In this document: piece after piece, positions 1 through 7,593 of the stretch | Position numbering within the stretch: the first letter of the stretch is position 1 | Layout of the letters: each line of letters starts with the position of its first letter | IMG/VR virus record: IMGVR_UViG_3300045988_104412 | From: a virus | DNA length: 64,000 bases | Strand: one strand, 5' to 3' | Translations under genes and position numbers: made by a program | Notes under the pieces: model-generated | The model's input: only the letters and a program-made list of their open reading frames with translations | Databases searched by the model: none | What the model was told of the DNA's origin: nothing

Positions 1-1
1 A

Positions 2-571
2 GGCTGTTCCGCTCTAACGAGCATAGACGTAAGCAAGTGGGACACACGCAACGTGACGGATATGGGCTCCTTGTTCAGCGGCTGTTCCGCTCTAACGAGC
101 ATAGACGTAAGCAAGTGGGACACACGCAACGTGACGGATATGAACGACATGTTCAATAGAATCGACTCCATGCAAAGCCTTAATATTTCAAATTTTGACA
201 CTCGAAAAGCGAAAGTCGGAGGTAACTATGGCTTTATGAGCAGCGATAACTTGCGTAGTCTTGATATGAGCGGCGATAACTTTACGCTGGAGAGCACAAC
301 CAACTGGAACCGTGGTATACAAACTCCAAATCTCAGAACGCTAAAACTTGGCAAAAACTTCTTTAAGACGCATGAGAGTATAAAGTCTTTGTCCTTCTCT
401 TATCAATATTGGACGGACAGTAGCGTGAGGCTGTCGCTTGTGACAAACCTTTACGACCGCAAGGCAAATGGTTTGCCAGACTTGACTTTATTGCTAAGTA
501 AGCAAACAAAGGCTGTACTGTCGGAAGACGACTTCGCAGCAATGACAGCAAAAGGATATATAATAGCATAA
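2..571 (+). CDS. BspA/DUF285-type 26-residue repeat protein, C-terminal part (5' end outside window); probable fibre/host-recognition protein
   Basis: Frame is open from nt 2, upstream of the listed ATG at 53; repeats GCSALTSIDVSKWDTRNVTDM..F recur every 26 aa. Confidence 0.7.
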   Translation, partial: GCSALTSIDVSKWDTRNVTDMGSLFSGCSALTSIDVSKWDTRNVTDMNDMFNRIDSMQSLNISNFDTRKAKVGGNYGFMSSDNLRSLDMSGDNFTLESTTNWNRGIQTPNLRTLKLGKNFFKTHESIKSLSFSYQYWTDSSVRLSLVTNLYDRKANGLPDLTLLLSKQTKAVLSEDDFAAMTAKGYIIA

Positions 572-575
572 AAAC

Positions 576-1169
576 ATGAAAATAGAAGAACTGAAAAAGA
601 AAGGCAACGTAACCGTTACGGAGGTGAAAAACGGTTGCGTGAAGGTGTCGGCAGACAAGGGTTTTATACTTAAAGGCAGCGACACTTATACGAGTGAGAT
701 ATACTGCGCCAAAGACGCGGAGTTGCAGGATTATGAGGTGGTTGCATACAGCGACTACCTCAGAGCCGAGAACAAAAAGAAGTATGAGGGCAAGACACTC
801 GAAGAGGCGAAGGAGATACTATTAGCAGAGATAGACGCCTACGACACCTCCTCTGCCGTCAACGGCTTTGTGCTGAACGGCGCAACGGTGTGGCTCGACA
901 AGGCGACACGCGTAGGTCTAATGAACTCCACAAGCATTACAAAGGCGATGGGACAGCCTACAACGACTTTATGGCTCGGCGAAAGCAAGATGGACGTGCC
1001 CTGCGACACTGCGATACAGCTACTCTCTGCGCTTGAAATGTATGCCTTAGAGTGTTTCAACGTGACGGCGGCACACAAGAAGGCAGTGAGCGAACTAACG
1101 ACCATCGAGGAAGTAGAGAAGTATGACATCACAGCAGGCTACCCTGCGCAGCTTAGAATGGAGGTGTAG
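576..1169 (+). CDS. hypothetical protein, C-terminal half resembles DUF4376 (fibre-associated domain)
   Basis: 197-aa ORF 4 nt after upstream stop; NGATVWLDKATRVGL...LSALEMYALECFNVTAAHKKAV pattern recalled from DUF4376; not searched. Confidence 0.6.
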   Translation: MKIEELKKKGNVTVTEVKNGCVKVSADKGFILKGSDTYTSEIYCAKDAELQDYEVVAYSDYLRAENKKKYEGKTLEEAKEILLAEIDAYDTSSAVNGFVLNGATVWLDKATRVGLMNSTSITKAMGQPTTTLWLGESKMDVPCDTAIQLLSALEMYALECFNVTAAHKKAVSELTTIEEVEKYDITAGYPAQLRMEV

Positions 1170-1170
1170 C

Positions 1171-1626
1171 ATGGCGGCATTGGCTATCATTATACTTATC
1201 GCCCTCGCTTTGTACGTCTTTAGCTGCTGCGTGACAACGCGAGTGCCCACCATGCTCTCGGAGGTGTACTATCTCGCAGACAAGGACTGGCTCTTCCCTG
1301 CGCTCATGGCGTCGCTCGGAGCGTCGTTCTTGCCGCTCATGCTTGAGGCAGGCGGTTTGGAGTGCATGGCGTTCCTCTCCTGCGTGGGCATCATATTCGT
1401 GGGCGCAGCTCCTGCGTATCTCGACGAGGGCGAGCGCACGGTACACAAGTGCGGAGCTATCACGGCGGCAATATCAAGCGTAGCATGGGCGTGCAGCATC
1501 AACGCTCTGCCCACCGTTCTGTTCGGGGTGCTTACTGCTGCGCTCTGCATCTGGAAGCGCCGCTATTGGCTGTTTATCGTGGAGTGCTGCGCGATACTCA
1601 ACATCGTAACAACATTATTCATCTAA
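1171..1626 (+). CDS. small multi-pass membrane protein (holin-like candidate)
   Basis: ATG 1171 lies 1 nt after the upstream TAG; several hydrophobic helices (ALAIIILIALALYVF, AFLSCVGIIFVGAAP, LPTVLFGVLTAALCIW). Confidence 0.55.
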   Translation: MAALAIIILIALALYVFSCCVTTRVPTMLSEVYYLADKDWLFPALMASLGASFLPLMLEAGGLECMAFLSCVGIIFVGAAPAYLDEGERTVHKCGAITAAISSVAWACSINALPTVLFGVLTAALCIWKRRYWLFIVECCAILNIVTTLFI

Positions 1627-1639
1627 ACATAAAAATATC

Positions 1640-2101
1640 ATGGAAATCAAAGTAAGAAGAATTGCAAGAAAGGGGACGTACACCGTTGGCAAGATGTACG
1701 TCGGTGGAGAATACGTCTGCGACACGCTCGAAGACAAAGACCGAGGACTGACCTCAAAGATGAGCGTGGCACAGATAAGCGGCATGAAGGTGCATGGAGC
1801 AACTGCCATACCTACGGGCAGATACCTCGTGGATATGAAGACTGTATCACCACGCTTCGGTGGCAGACCGCAGTACCAGTTCTGCAAGGGCAGACTACCA
1901 AGGTTGTGCAATACGCCCGGCTACCAAGGTGTGCTGATACACTGCGGCAACACAGCGATGGACACGGATGGCTGCATCCTTGTCGGAGAAAACAAGGCGG
2001 TCGGACAGGTACTGAACTCAACGGCAACGTTCCGCAAGCTCTACCCTATTCTGAAAGCTGCGGATGAGAGAGGAGAACAGATTTGGATAACAATCGAATA
2101 A
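1640..2101 (+). CDS. DUF5675-like protein; candidate cell-wall hydrolase
   Basis: GTYTVGKMYVGGEYVCDTLED ... GVLIHCGNTAMDTDGCILVG; His...Gly-Cys arrangement resembles YkuD-type L,D-peptidase active site; flanked by membrane proteins. Confidence 0.6.
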   Translation: MEIKVRRIARKGTYTVGKMYVGGEYVCDTLEDKDRGLTSKMSVAQISGMKVHGATAIPTGRYLVDMKTVSPRFGGRPQYQFCKGRLPRLCNTPGYQGVLIHCGNTAMDTDGCILVGENKAVGQVLNSTATFRKLYPILKAADERGEQIWITIE

Positions 2102-2111
2102 GGAGGTGCAG

Positions 2112-2447
2112 ATGGATGTAATGAAAATTCTGATGCTACTGAACTGCATCATTTTGGGAGCGACAACGCTCTTTATTTTCTACAAGGCAGCGCAGCTCGA
2201 TATGGTAGATGAAGGCTACGACGAGAACAAGCGAAACAGACAAGGCGCAATCGGTTGGTTTGTGGCTTCGGTGTTCGTAGGCGTTCTTGCACTGCCCGTA
2301 ATGGCACTGCGTGAGGTGTATCAATGGAAGCGTTATAAGCTACCGAGTATTGAGTGGGATGACATTTGCCGCTACGGCTTTACTATTGTCATCGGCTCTA
2401 TGCTGCACGTGCTCCTGCTTGTGGTGGTTACGCCGTCTTCTTGTTGA
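2112..2447 (+). CDS. small membrane protein
   Basis: ATG 2112 five nt after an AGGAGG (2101-2106); hydrophobic segments ILMLLNCIILGATTLFIF, WFVASVFVGVLALPVMAL, FTIVIGSMLHVLLLVVV. Confidence 0.55.
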   Translation: MDVMKILMLLNCIILGATTLFIFYKAAQLDMVDEGYDENKRNRQGAIGWFVASVFVGVLALPVMALREVYQWKRYKLPSIEWDDICRYGFTIVIGSMLHVLLLVVVTPSSC

Positions 2448-2605
2448 CAGCAAAAGTAAAAGAGCTAAATCAAAAAAACCGCTTCCATCCTCGCAGACAG
2501 AAGCGGCCCAACTTTTGTTATACTTTACAGAAGTATGGCTAAGAGCCATATTCGTGACTGCAAAGGTACAATATTTTTTTGTTTTTACATCGGATTTTGC
2601 AGATT

Positions 2606-3175
2606 TTAGTTCACTAACATAGGACCCGTGTCGCGGCCTGTAAACGATATATTGATATTGCGAGCATAGTCTCCGTTCTTTTCCGTCATTTCGTCAACGT
2701 GTAGCTTCACGCGGAACGTCTTTTTCCCATATTCGTCGCCCTTATCAAGAGTCCTTATCTCTACCCAGGCACCTTTTACGGGCTGATTGTTGTCCCATGT
2801 GCTTAGTTCGTTCTTCTTGTATTCGGGCTGCCATTGATCCTTCCATCCCCACACCGAACCGTCCGCTTGCTCCACCTCGTAACGACCGTCATACATATCG
2901 TCAGCAGGGGCATTGTAGACCGAAAAACAGACAACGTAGTAGTCGGTCTTGTAATTGCCCATCATCGGGTCGCTATAGAGGGCAAAGTACCCCTTGCCGT
3001 AGTTTTGGGAGTAAGACAACTGATGCACAGGCTTCTCTTTGAGAAGTTTTGAAAAAGCCGACTCCACCGGCACATACTCCGGCTCTGCATCGTCATTACT
3101 GCTACAACTGCCAATACTCACACATGCTGCTGTCATCATCGTCAACAGCAGCATCATTCTAAAGATTTTCTTCAT
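2606..3175 (-). CDS. lipoprotein (moron-like, opposite strand to neighbours)
   Basis: MKKIFRMMLLLTMMTAACVSIGSC lipobox-type signal; 189 aa. Confidence 0.75.
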   Translation of the reverse strand: MKKIFRMMLLLTMMTAACVSIGSCSSNDDAEPEYVPVESAFSKLLKEKPVHQLSYSQNYGKGYFALYSDPMMGNYKTDYYVVCFSVYNAPADDMYDGRYEVEQADGSVWGWKDQWQPEYKKNELSTWDNNQPVKGAWVEIRTLDKGDEYGKKTFRVKLHVDEMTEKNGDYARNINISFTGRDTGPMLVN

Positions 3176-3250
3176 ACATTAATATTTTTATACGTCAGTA
3201 CTTTCGTAGTTTTCTGATTTTGAAATAATAGATGTAGGGTCGGTCGTAGG

Positions 3251-3610
3251 CTATTCTTCGGGCAGCAGCACTACGCCGACACGGACTTTTGCGCCACAAT
3301 GAGGGCAGAAGGTGGAGGTATTGATAGTGAGTTGTGAGTGTTCTTGTGTATTATTTCCTTTCTCCTCTTTTTCTTCATTGAATGAAGGGTCGATATTCTC
3401 GGTATTGTCCGATTCATCTATTGGATAGAATAGGTCGGTGATGTCACAATCTAATTTCTCGCAAAGGTCTTCCAATCGCCTTATCGTAGGGTTTCCTTTG
3501 ATATAATTCTGAATGATGTTCTGTGTCTTTAGGTCGAATTTCTGACAGAAAGACGTAATGGTGTAACCGCGCTCCGTAATGGCGCGGCGAATGTCAATTT
3601 TTGTTCTCAT
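3251..3610 (-). CDS. XRE-family HTH regulator with C-terminal zinc-ribbon
   Basis: ITERGYTITSFCQKFDLKTQNIIQNYIKGNPTIRRLEDLCEKL HTH; CPHCGAK at C-terminus; start 3610 chosen because a minus-strand TAATTTTG box sits at 3635-3642. Confidence 0.75.
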   Translation of the reverse strand: MRTKIDIRRAITERGYTITSFCQKFDLKTQNIIQNYIKGNPTIRRLEDLCEKLDCDITDLFYPIDESDNTENIDPSFNEEKEEKGNNTQEHSQLTINTSTFCPHCGAKVRVGVVLLPEE

Positions 3611-3634
3611 ATATATGGTTGTATTGTTTGCCTG

Positions 3635-3642
3635 CAAAATTA
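3635..3642 (-). promoter_or_regulatory. Bacteroidota -7 promoter box TAATTTTG for the HTH gene
   Basis: Exact TAnnTTTG match 25 nt upstream of ATG 3610 on minus strand. Confidence 0.55.
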
Positions 3643-3829
3643 ATATATATATTTGTATTACGCAAGTTTTGCAAGAAATAATTATTGTATATATTTATTT
3701 TATTCGAGATTCATGGTTTTTATTAGTTTATATCGTTTTCTTGTACATTATTAGTGAAAAATACGAGAAGACAACTTATATTTCTTGTGTTTGAATTATT
3801 CATTCGCTCCTATAAATAGTTAATAATCA

Positions 3830-4115
3830 GCGTTTAATCCGCATATTACCATACGAAAGTCGCCCCAAAAGGGACACTTAAATAATTGATAATTAGAGCA
3901 ATCGCATCCCCGAACTCTGCCCTGAAACTTTAATCCAGAAGCGAGATTGCCCACCGCGCTGAGGAGCCTCGTGGCGTGCCTGCCTGGGATGGCGTTTGTA
4001 TATGCCACCGACCAGCAGCAGGGAGGCACCAGGCGCCGCCGCGCGCCCTCGATGGTCCACACCACCACCGACACCACCGACCAGTAGCAGGGAGGCCCCA
4101 GGCGCCTATATATAT
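3830..4115. other. GC-rich non-coding island (candidate structured RNA or protein-binding element)
   Basis: Visibly GC-rich block inside very AT-rich intergenic DNA; only implausible minus-strand ORFs; contains 33-nt direct repeats. Confidence 0.4.
4005..4106 (+). repeat. two 33-nt direct repeats separated by 36 nt
   Basis: CCACCGACCAG[C/T]AGCAGGGAGGC[A/C]CCAGGCGCC at 4005-4037 and 4074-4106. Confidence 0.9.
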
Positions 4116-4249
4116 ATAATAAGGAGAGCAATTGTATGTAATTGTAAACAAACGTAAAAAAAACTACTTGTATTTGTTTGCAAAGGTTAAAAGTAAATAT
4201 ATTTAATAATTAAACATCGGATAAATTTGGTTATATCAAATTTATATAA

Positions 4250-4257
4250 TACCTTTG
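4250..4257 (+). promoter_or_regulatory. -7 promoter box TACCTTTG
   Basis: Exact TAnnTTTG 40 nt upstream of ATG 4297; a second box TAAATTTG at 4222-4229. Confidence 0.55.
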
Positions 4258-4296
4258 CAAACGTAAACAATAAACAAATAAAATACTTTACAGATT

Positions 4297-4650
4297 ATGA
4301 ACAAAAAACAAACAGCGGTTTTAATCGCTCTCGCAACGTTAGCGATTAACAAAAAAGACGGTTTTACTGTAAACGCGGAAACTTTACAGCCTGTAACACG
4401 CGGTTACGCTGTAGCCATTGCAGACACTCAAGACTCGTTTGGTCTCGAAGGTCTTGCTAACGTTGTAAAATATGTTTCCGAACATCCGGAAATAAATGCT
4501 TTTGGCGGTTGGTACAATAGCAAAAATAATATGTATTATTTTGATGCTACCGTAATAGTTGAGGATTTACAAAAAGCCCTCGAACTTGGCCGCGCAAATA
4601 AACAACTTGCAATCTTCGATCTTGCAAACGGTTTAACTATCGACCTTTAG
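4297..4650 (+). CDS. hypothetical protein
   Basis: 117-aa ORF behind conserved leader ACTTTACAGATTATG; followed by hairpin 4657-4679. Confidence 0.6.
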   Translation: MNKKQTAVLIALATLAINKKDGFTVNAETLQPVTRGYAVAIADTQDSFGLEGLANVVKYVSEHPEINAFGGWYNSKNNMYYFDATVIVEDLQKALELGRANKQLAIFDLANGLTIDL

Positions 4651-4656
4651 AAAAAC

Positions 4657-4679
4657 AAGGACCGGCGGCGCCGGTCCTT
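4657..4679 (+). terminator. hairpin terminator candidate
   Basis: AAGGACCGG-cggcg-CCGGTCCTT, 9-bp stem. Confidence 0.55.
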
Positions 4680-4706
4680 ATATAGCAATAACAAAAACTT
4701 TATATT

Positions 4707-5057
4707 ATGATATATAACAAAGAAATCAACGGCGTTAAATTTACACTTGTTTGCGAGTCGTGGCAGACTCGAAATAGTTGGGGGCATAAAGTTTCGCTCT
4801 ATCGAAACGAATCTTTTTTTGTTGGTAGCGCAAAAATCCGCTATTATAATAGGACTTGGGAAAAATACCAGTATCAAAGTACTATTAAAAGCGTAATTTT
4901 CAACGCTATTCAAGGAATAAAAGCGGCGGCAAAGAAAGTTTTTTTAAGTGTGCATAACTATAAAGTTATGACAAAAAAGCGCGCCGTGGCCTTTCTTGAG
5001 TACCTGAAAAAAGATAATGAATATAATTTGTATAACGAACTTTTAAAAATGTTCTAA
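4707..5057 (+). CDS. hypothetical protein
   Basis: 116-aa ORF, followed by hairpin 5065-5088 plus T-run. Confidence 0.55.
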   Translation: MIYNKEINGVKFTLVCESWQTRNSWGHKVSLYRNESFFVGSAKIRYYNRTWEKYQYQSTIKSVIFNAIQGIKAAAKKVFLSVHNYKVMTKKRAVAFLEYLKKDNEYNLYNELLKMF

Positions 5058-5064
5058 CCGTTCA

Positions 5065-5088
5065 CGGGCTGCAATTACTTGCAGCCCG
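5065..5088 (+). terminator. intrinsic terminator
   Basis: CGGGCTGC-aattactt-GCAGCCCG followed by TTTTTATTTT. Confidence 0.7.
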
Positions 5089-5100
5089 TTTTTATTTTGT

Positions 5101-5330
5101 GGCTATCTGTGGCTACTCGTGGCTATCCGTGGCTACTCGTGGCTATCCGTGGCTACTCGTGGCTATCTGTGGCTACTCGTGGCTACTCGTGGCTATCTGT
5201 GGCTACTCGTGGCTATCTGTGGCTACTCGTGGCTATCCGTGGCTACTCGTGGCTATCTGTGGCTACTCGTGGCTACTCGTGGCTATCCGTGGCTATCTGT
5301 GGCTATCCGTGGCTATCTGTGGCTACTCGT
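5101..5330. repeat. 23 tandem 10-bp units GGCTAYYYGT (three variants)
   Basis: Counted directly: GGCTATCTGT x7, GGCTACTCGT x11, GGCTATCCGT x5, no spacer. Confidence 0.98.
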
Positions 5331-5483
5331 TATAAATCTTATAGAACATTACAGATAACAGGGAATTGCAAACAAATGTAAACAATACACATTACATATA
5401 TATATAATTATATACGAATGTTAAAATAAATATATATGATAATTTTTTTATTGAAAATATTTGGCCGTTTCAAATCTATATAG

Positions 5484-5491
5484 TAATTTTG
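5484..5491 (+). promoter_or_regulatory. -7 promoter box TAATTTTG
   Basis: Exact TAnnTTTG 38 nt upstream of ATG 5529; surrounding TTTGCAAACGTAAACAA is duplicated at 4254-4270. Confidence 0.55.
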
Positions 5492-5528
5492 CAAACGTAA
5501 ACAAGAAACAAATAAATACTTTATAATT

Positions 5529-5756
5529 ATGAGAACAATGTATCTAATTGAACATTATGCCATCAACCGAAAAAACGGTGTTTGGTCGCTAATAGGTTAT
5601 TCGCGTGTTGACTATCGCGTAAAAAACCTCGTTATGAAGTCTGTGAAAAAACAGGGCTACCAGTACAATAGAAGCGAGAAGGCTTATATCCTGGAAACAG
5701 ATCCTGTTGAGTTTTGCGCCGACAAGGCCATCACAGTGAAGTCTTATGCAATATAA
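5529..5756 (+). CDS. hypothetical protein
   Basis: 75-aa ORF behind promoter box and conserved leader. Confidence 0.5.
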   Translation: MRTMYLIEHYAINRKNGVWSLIGYSRVDYRVKNLVMKSVKKQGYQYNRSEKAYILETDPVEFCADKAITVKSYAI

Positions 5757-5784
5757 TTATAACAACTTTACTACTTTACAGATT

Positions 5785-6060
5785 ATGGCAAAAATCACTA
5801 AAAAACAGGAGTTTGACGAGCTTTTAAAGTTCGGCTGCGCTTTCCTTCAGACCAACAATTATGGCGGTTATTGCATCGTTATAGACGATGGCGGCGAGTC
5901 CGTATTGTGGCGCGACTGCACCAGTAGAAATGAGCATACGGCGCGACGTTGGCAGCGCATCAAATACACTTGTCCGCGTGATCCTGAAACCGAATCGCGT
6001 CCGTACCTTACTATATACGGCATCCGCTATTATCTGGACGACTTCATGCGCTGCGCCTAA
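5785..6060 (+). CDS. hypothetical protein
   Basis: ATG 5785 directly follows CTTTACAGATT leader; hairpin 6069-6086 downstream. Confidence 0.55.
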   Translation: MAKITKKQEFDELLKFGCAFLQTNNYGGYCIVIDDGGESVLWRDCTSRNEHTARRWQRIKYTCPRDPETESRPYLTIYGIRYYLDDFMRCA

Positions 6061-6068
6061 CCATACCA

Positions 6069-6086
6069 GGGAGGCTCCGGCCTCCC
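6069..6086 (+). terminator. hairpin terminator candidate
   Basis: GGGAGGC-tccg-GCCTCCC followed by TTATTATAGACA box. Confidence 0.55.
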
Positions 6087-6137
6087 TTATTATAGACAAC
6101 ATATAACATCACCAACTTTATAAATACTTTACAGATT

Positions 6138-6812
6138 ATGAGTACACCGAATTTTTCATTAATGAATGCTTCACGGTATTTCGTGTTAGGAATGCCTGTA
6201 TATTACACACAGGAAGAAATAGACGAGCGCGAACTCGACCAGGACCTTTTAGGCGAGTTTGACGAGATAGGCACAGAATTTAATTATGATGCCGTCAGAG
6301 GTAATGTAGCCTACGAACTGAAGGCGAAGGGATGGCACGATATAGCGGACTGTGACGGCGATCGCAATTATCCAACGTCTCTATTTTCAGAGAAAACGAT
6401 ATCTATTAAGTGCGGCGACAATTCGATCGACATCACCATTCAAGCCGGCTGCACGTCTGGTTATTACCAGGCAGCCAATTTTGATTGGTTTGTAAATATC
6501 AAGACCTACAGAAAGGCAGATTATTATTACGAAACGTGTGATTATGATTACAACGACCTGTCAGCCGACGACGTGATCCGCGACCACTGGTACGACAACA
6601 AAGGACTCAGCAAGATTCACGCTGCGCACATCATCCGCAAAATTGAGGCCGTTATAGACGACTTGAAAAACGAGGCTGAATGCGCATTCTCGAAGTATTG
6701 CGACGAAGAAATGTTTTGCGCCTGGCAGGTCTCCAATGGTGAAGCCGGCTACAGCACAGCGGGCAAGCGTCTCTGGAAAGAAGTGGAAGAACAGAATAAG
6801 AAAACCGCTTAA
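6138..6812 (+). CDS. hypothetical protein
   Basis: 224-aa ORF behind ACTTTACAGATTATG leader; no motif recognised. Confidence 0.6.
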   Translation: MSTPNFSLMNASRYFVLGMPVYYTQEEIDERELDQDLLGEFDEIGTEFNYDAVRGNVAYELKAKGWHDIADCDGDRNYPTSLFSEKTISIKCGDNSIDITIQAGCTSGYYQAANFDWFVNIKTYRKADYYYETCDYDYNDLSADDVIRDHWYDNKGLSKIHAAHIIRKIEAVIDDLKNEAECAFSKYCDEEMFCAWQVSNGEAGYSTAGKRLWKEVEEQNKKTA

Positions 6813-6825
6813 ACAATATATCATC

Positions 6826-7083
6826 ATGGCACAGAACATCACAATATCGCGCACAGCGAACGCTCGCGCCCTTCTGACGGCATTATTTGCCGTCGCCGTG
6901 TTACTCGTCACTCGCATGGCCAAGAACGCCTTAGAAGCCATTAAAACGGCCCACCAGTGGCTCCGGGCTCAGCACCGCTTTTATGGCCAGGATGGCGACC
7001 CTATCCAGTGCACTGGCTGGCAATTCATCGGCTACAACATCATGGCAGCAGTAGTGGCAATATTGCTCTGCATTAAGTATTAA
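6826..7083 (+). CDS. small membrane protein
   Basis: ATG 6826; two hydrophobic segments ALLTALFAVAVLLV and IMAAVVAILLCI. Confidence 0.5.
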   Translation: MAQNITISRTANARALLTALFAVAVLLVTRMAKNALEAIKTAHQWLRAQHRFYGQDGDPIQCTGWQFIGYNIMAAVVAILLCIKY

Positions 7084-7139
7084 TTAACGCTTTATTATAG
7101 GCATATAAAAACATCACCAACTTTTAAAATTTACAGATT

Positions 7140-7532
7140 ATGGCACAGATAGCATTATTCAACGTTACTAACGATACACAGTATTTACCGCAGCGTCGTG
7201 ACATGTTCAACGAGGCACGATGGAAGGAGGCAAAGCGCCTTATGGCTCAGGCCTTGAAACTGACAAGCAAGGAGGCGAGCCGCTATACTTCGCGCTTCCT
7301 CCAGGATAGAATGGTCGGTGGGGACTTTCCGGCACCAGCCGGAGGCTATCACAACGGCATCACGTGTATTGCCAACGGAGGCGAGCACAGCCAGCAGCGA
7401 GGCGAGTTCACAGTGTACGATATTATAGGCAGCTCGTATATTTACGAGGCTCCGACAGGCGATTTGTGTATTGCCAATATTCCAGAGGATGGCCAAACGG
7501 AATACTACCGTATAGCCGTATTGTCTTACTAA
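7140..7532 (+). CDS. hypothetical protein
   Basis: 130-aa ORF behind TTTACAGATTATG leader; hairpin 7544-7562 downstream. Confidence 0.55.
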   Translation: MAQIALFNVTNDTQYLPQRRDMFNEARWKEAKRLMAQALKLTSKEASRYTSRFLQDRMVGGDFPAPAGGYHNGITCIANGGEHSQQRGEFTVYDIIGSSYIYEAPTGDLCIANIPEDGQTEYYRIAVLSY

Positions 7533-7543
7533 TCATCATTCAC

Positions 7544-7562
7544 GGGCTGCGCCTGGCAGCCC
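7544..7562 (+). terminator. hairpin terminator candidate
   Basis: GGGCTGC-gcctg-GCAGCCC. Confidence 0.55.
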
Positions 7563-7593
7563 TATTATAGAACATCTAAAAAATTGAGAAATT

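Noticed and set aside
2101-2106. AGGAGG as evidence for general Shine-Dalgarno use
   Set aside because: It is the only clear case noticed. Nearly all other starts have A/C- or A/T-rich leaders without purine tracts. It was used only to choose ATG 2112.
4005-4106. CRISPR array
   Set aside because: There are only two repeat copies with two mismatches, the spacer end resembles the repeat start, and no cas genes are in the window. It is kept only as a low-probability idea in the findings.
3820-4151. Minus-strand ORFs of 103 and 73 aa in the GC-rich island
   Set aside because: Composition is rich in R, P, W and C, they mirror the 33-nt repeats, and there is no start context. They are more likely non-coding.
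5079-5381. Three overlapping plus-strand ORFs (100, 78 and 79 aa) covering the same DNA
   Set aside because: They are translations of the 10-bp tandem array in all three frames (WLSVATRGY-type peptides). They are open only because the repeat lacks stop codons.
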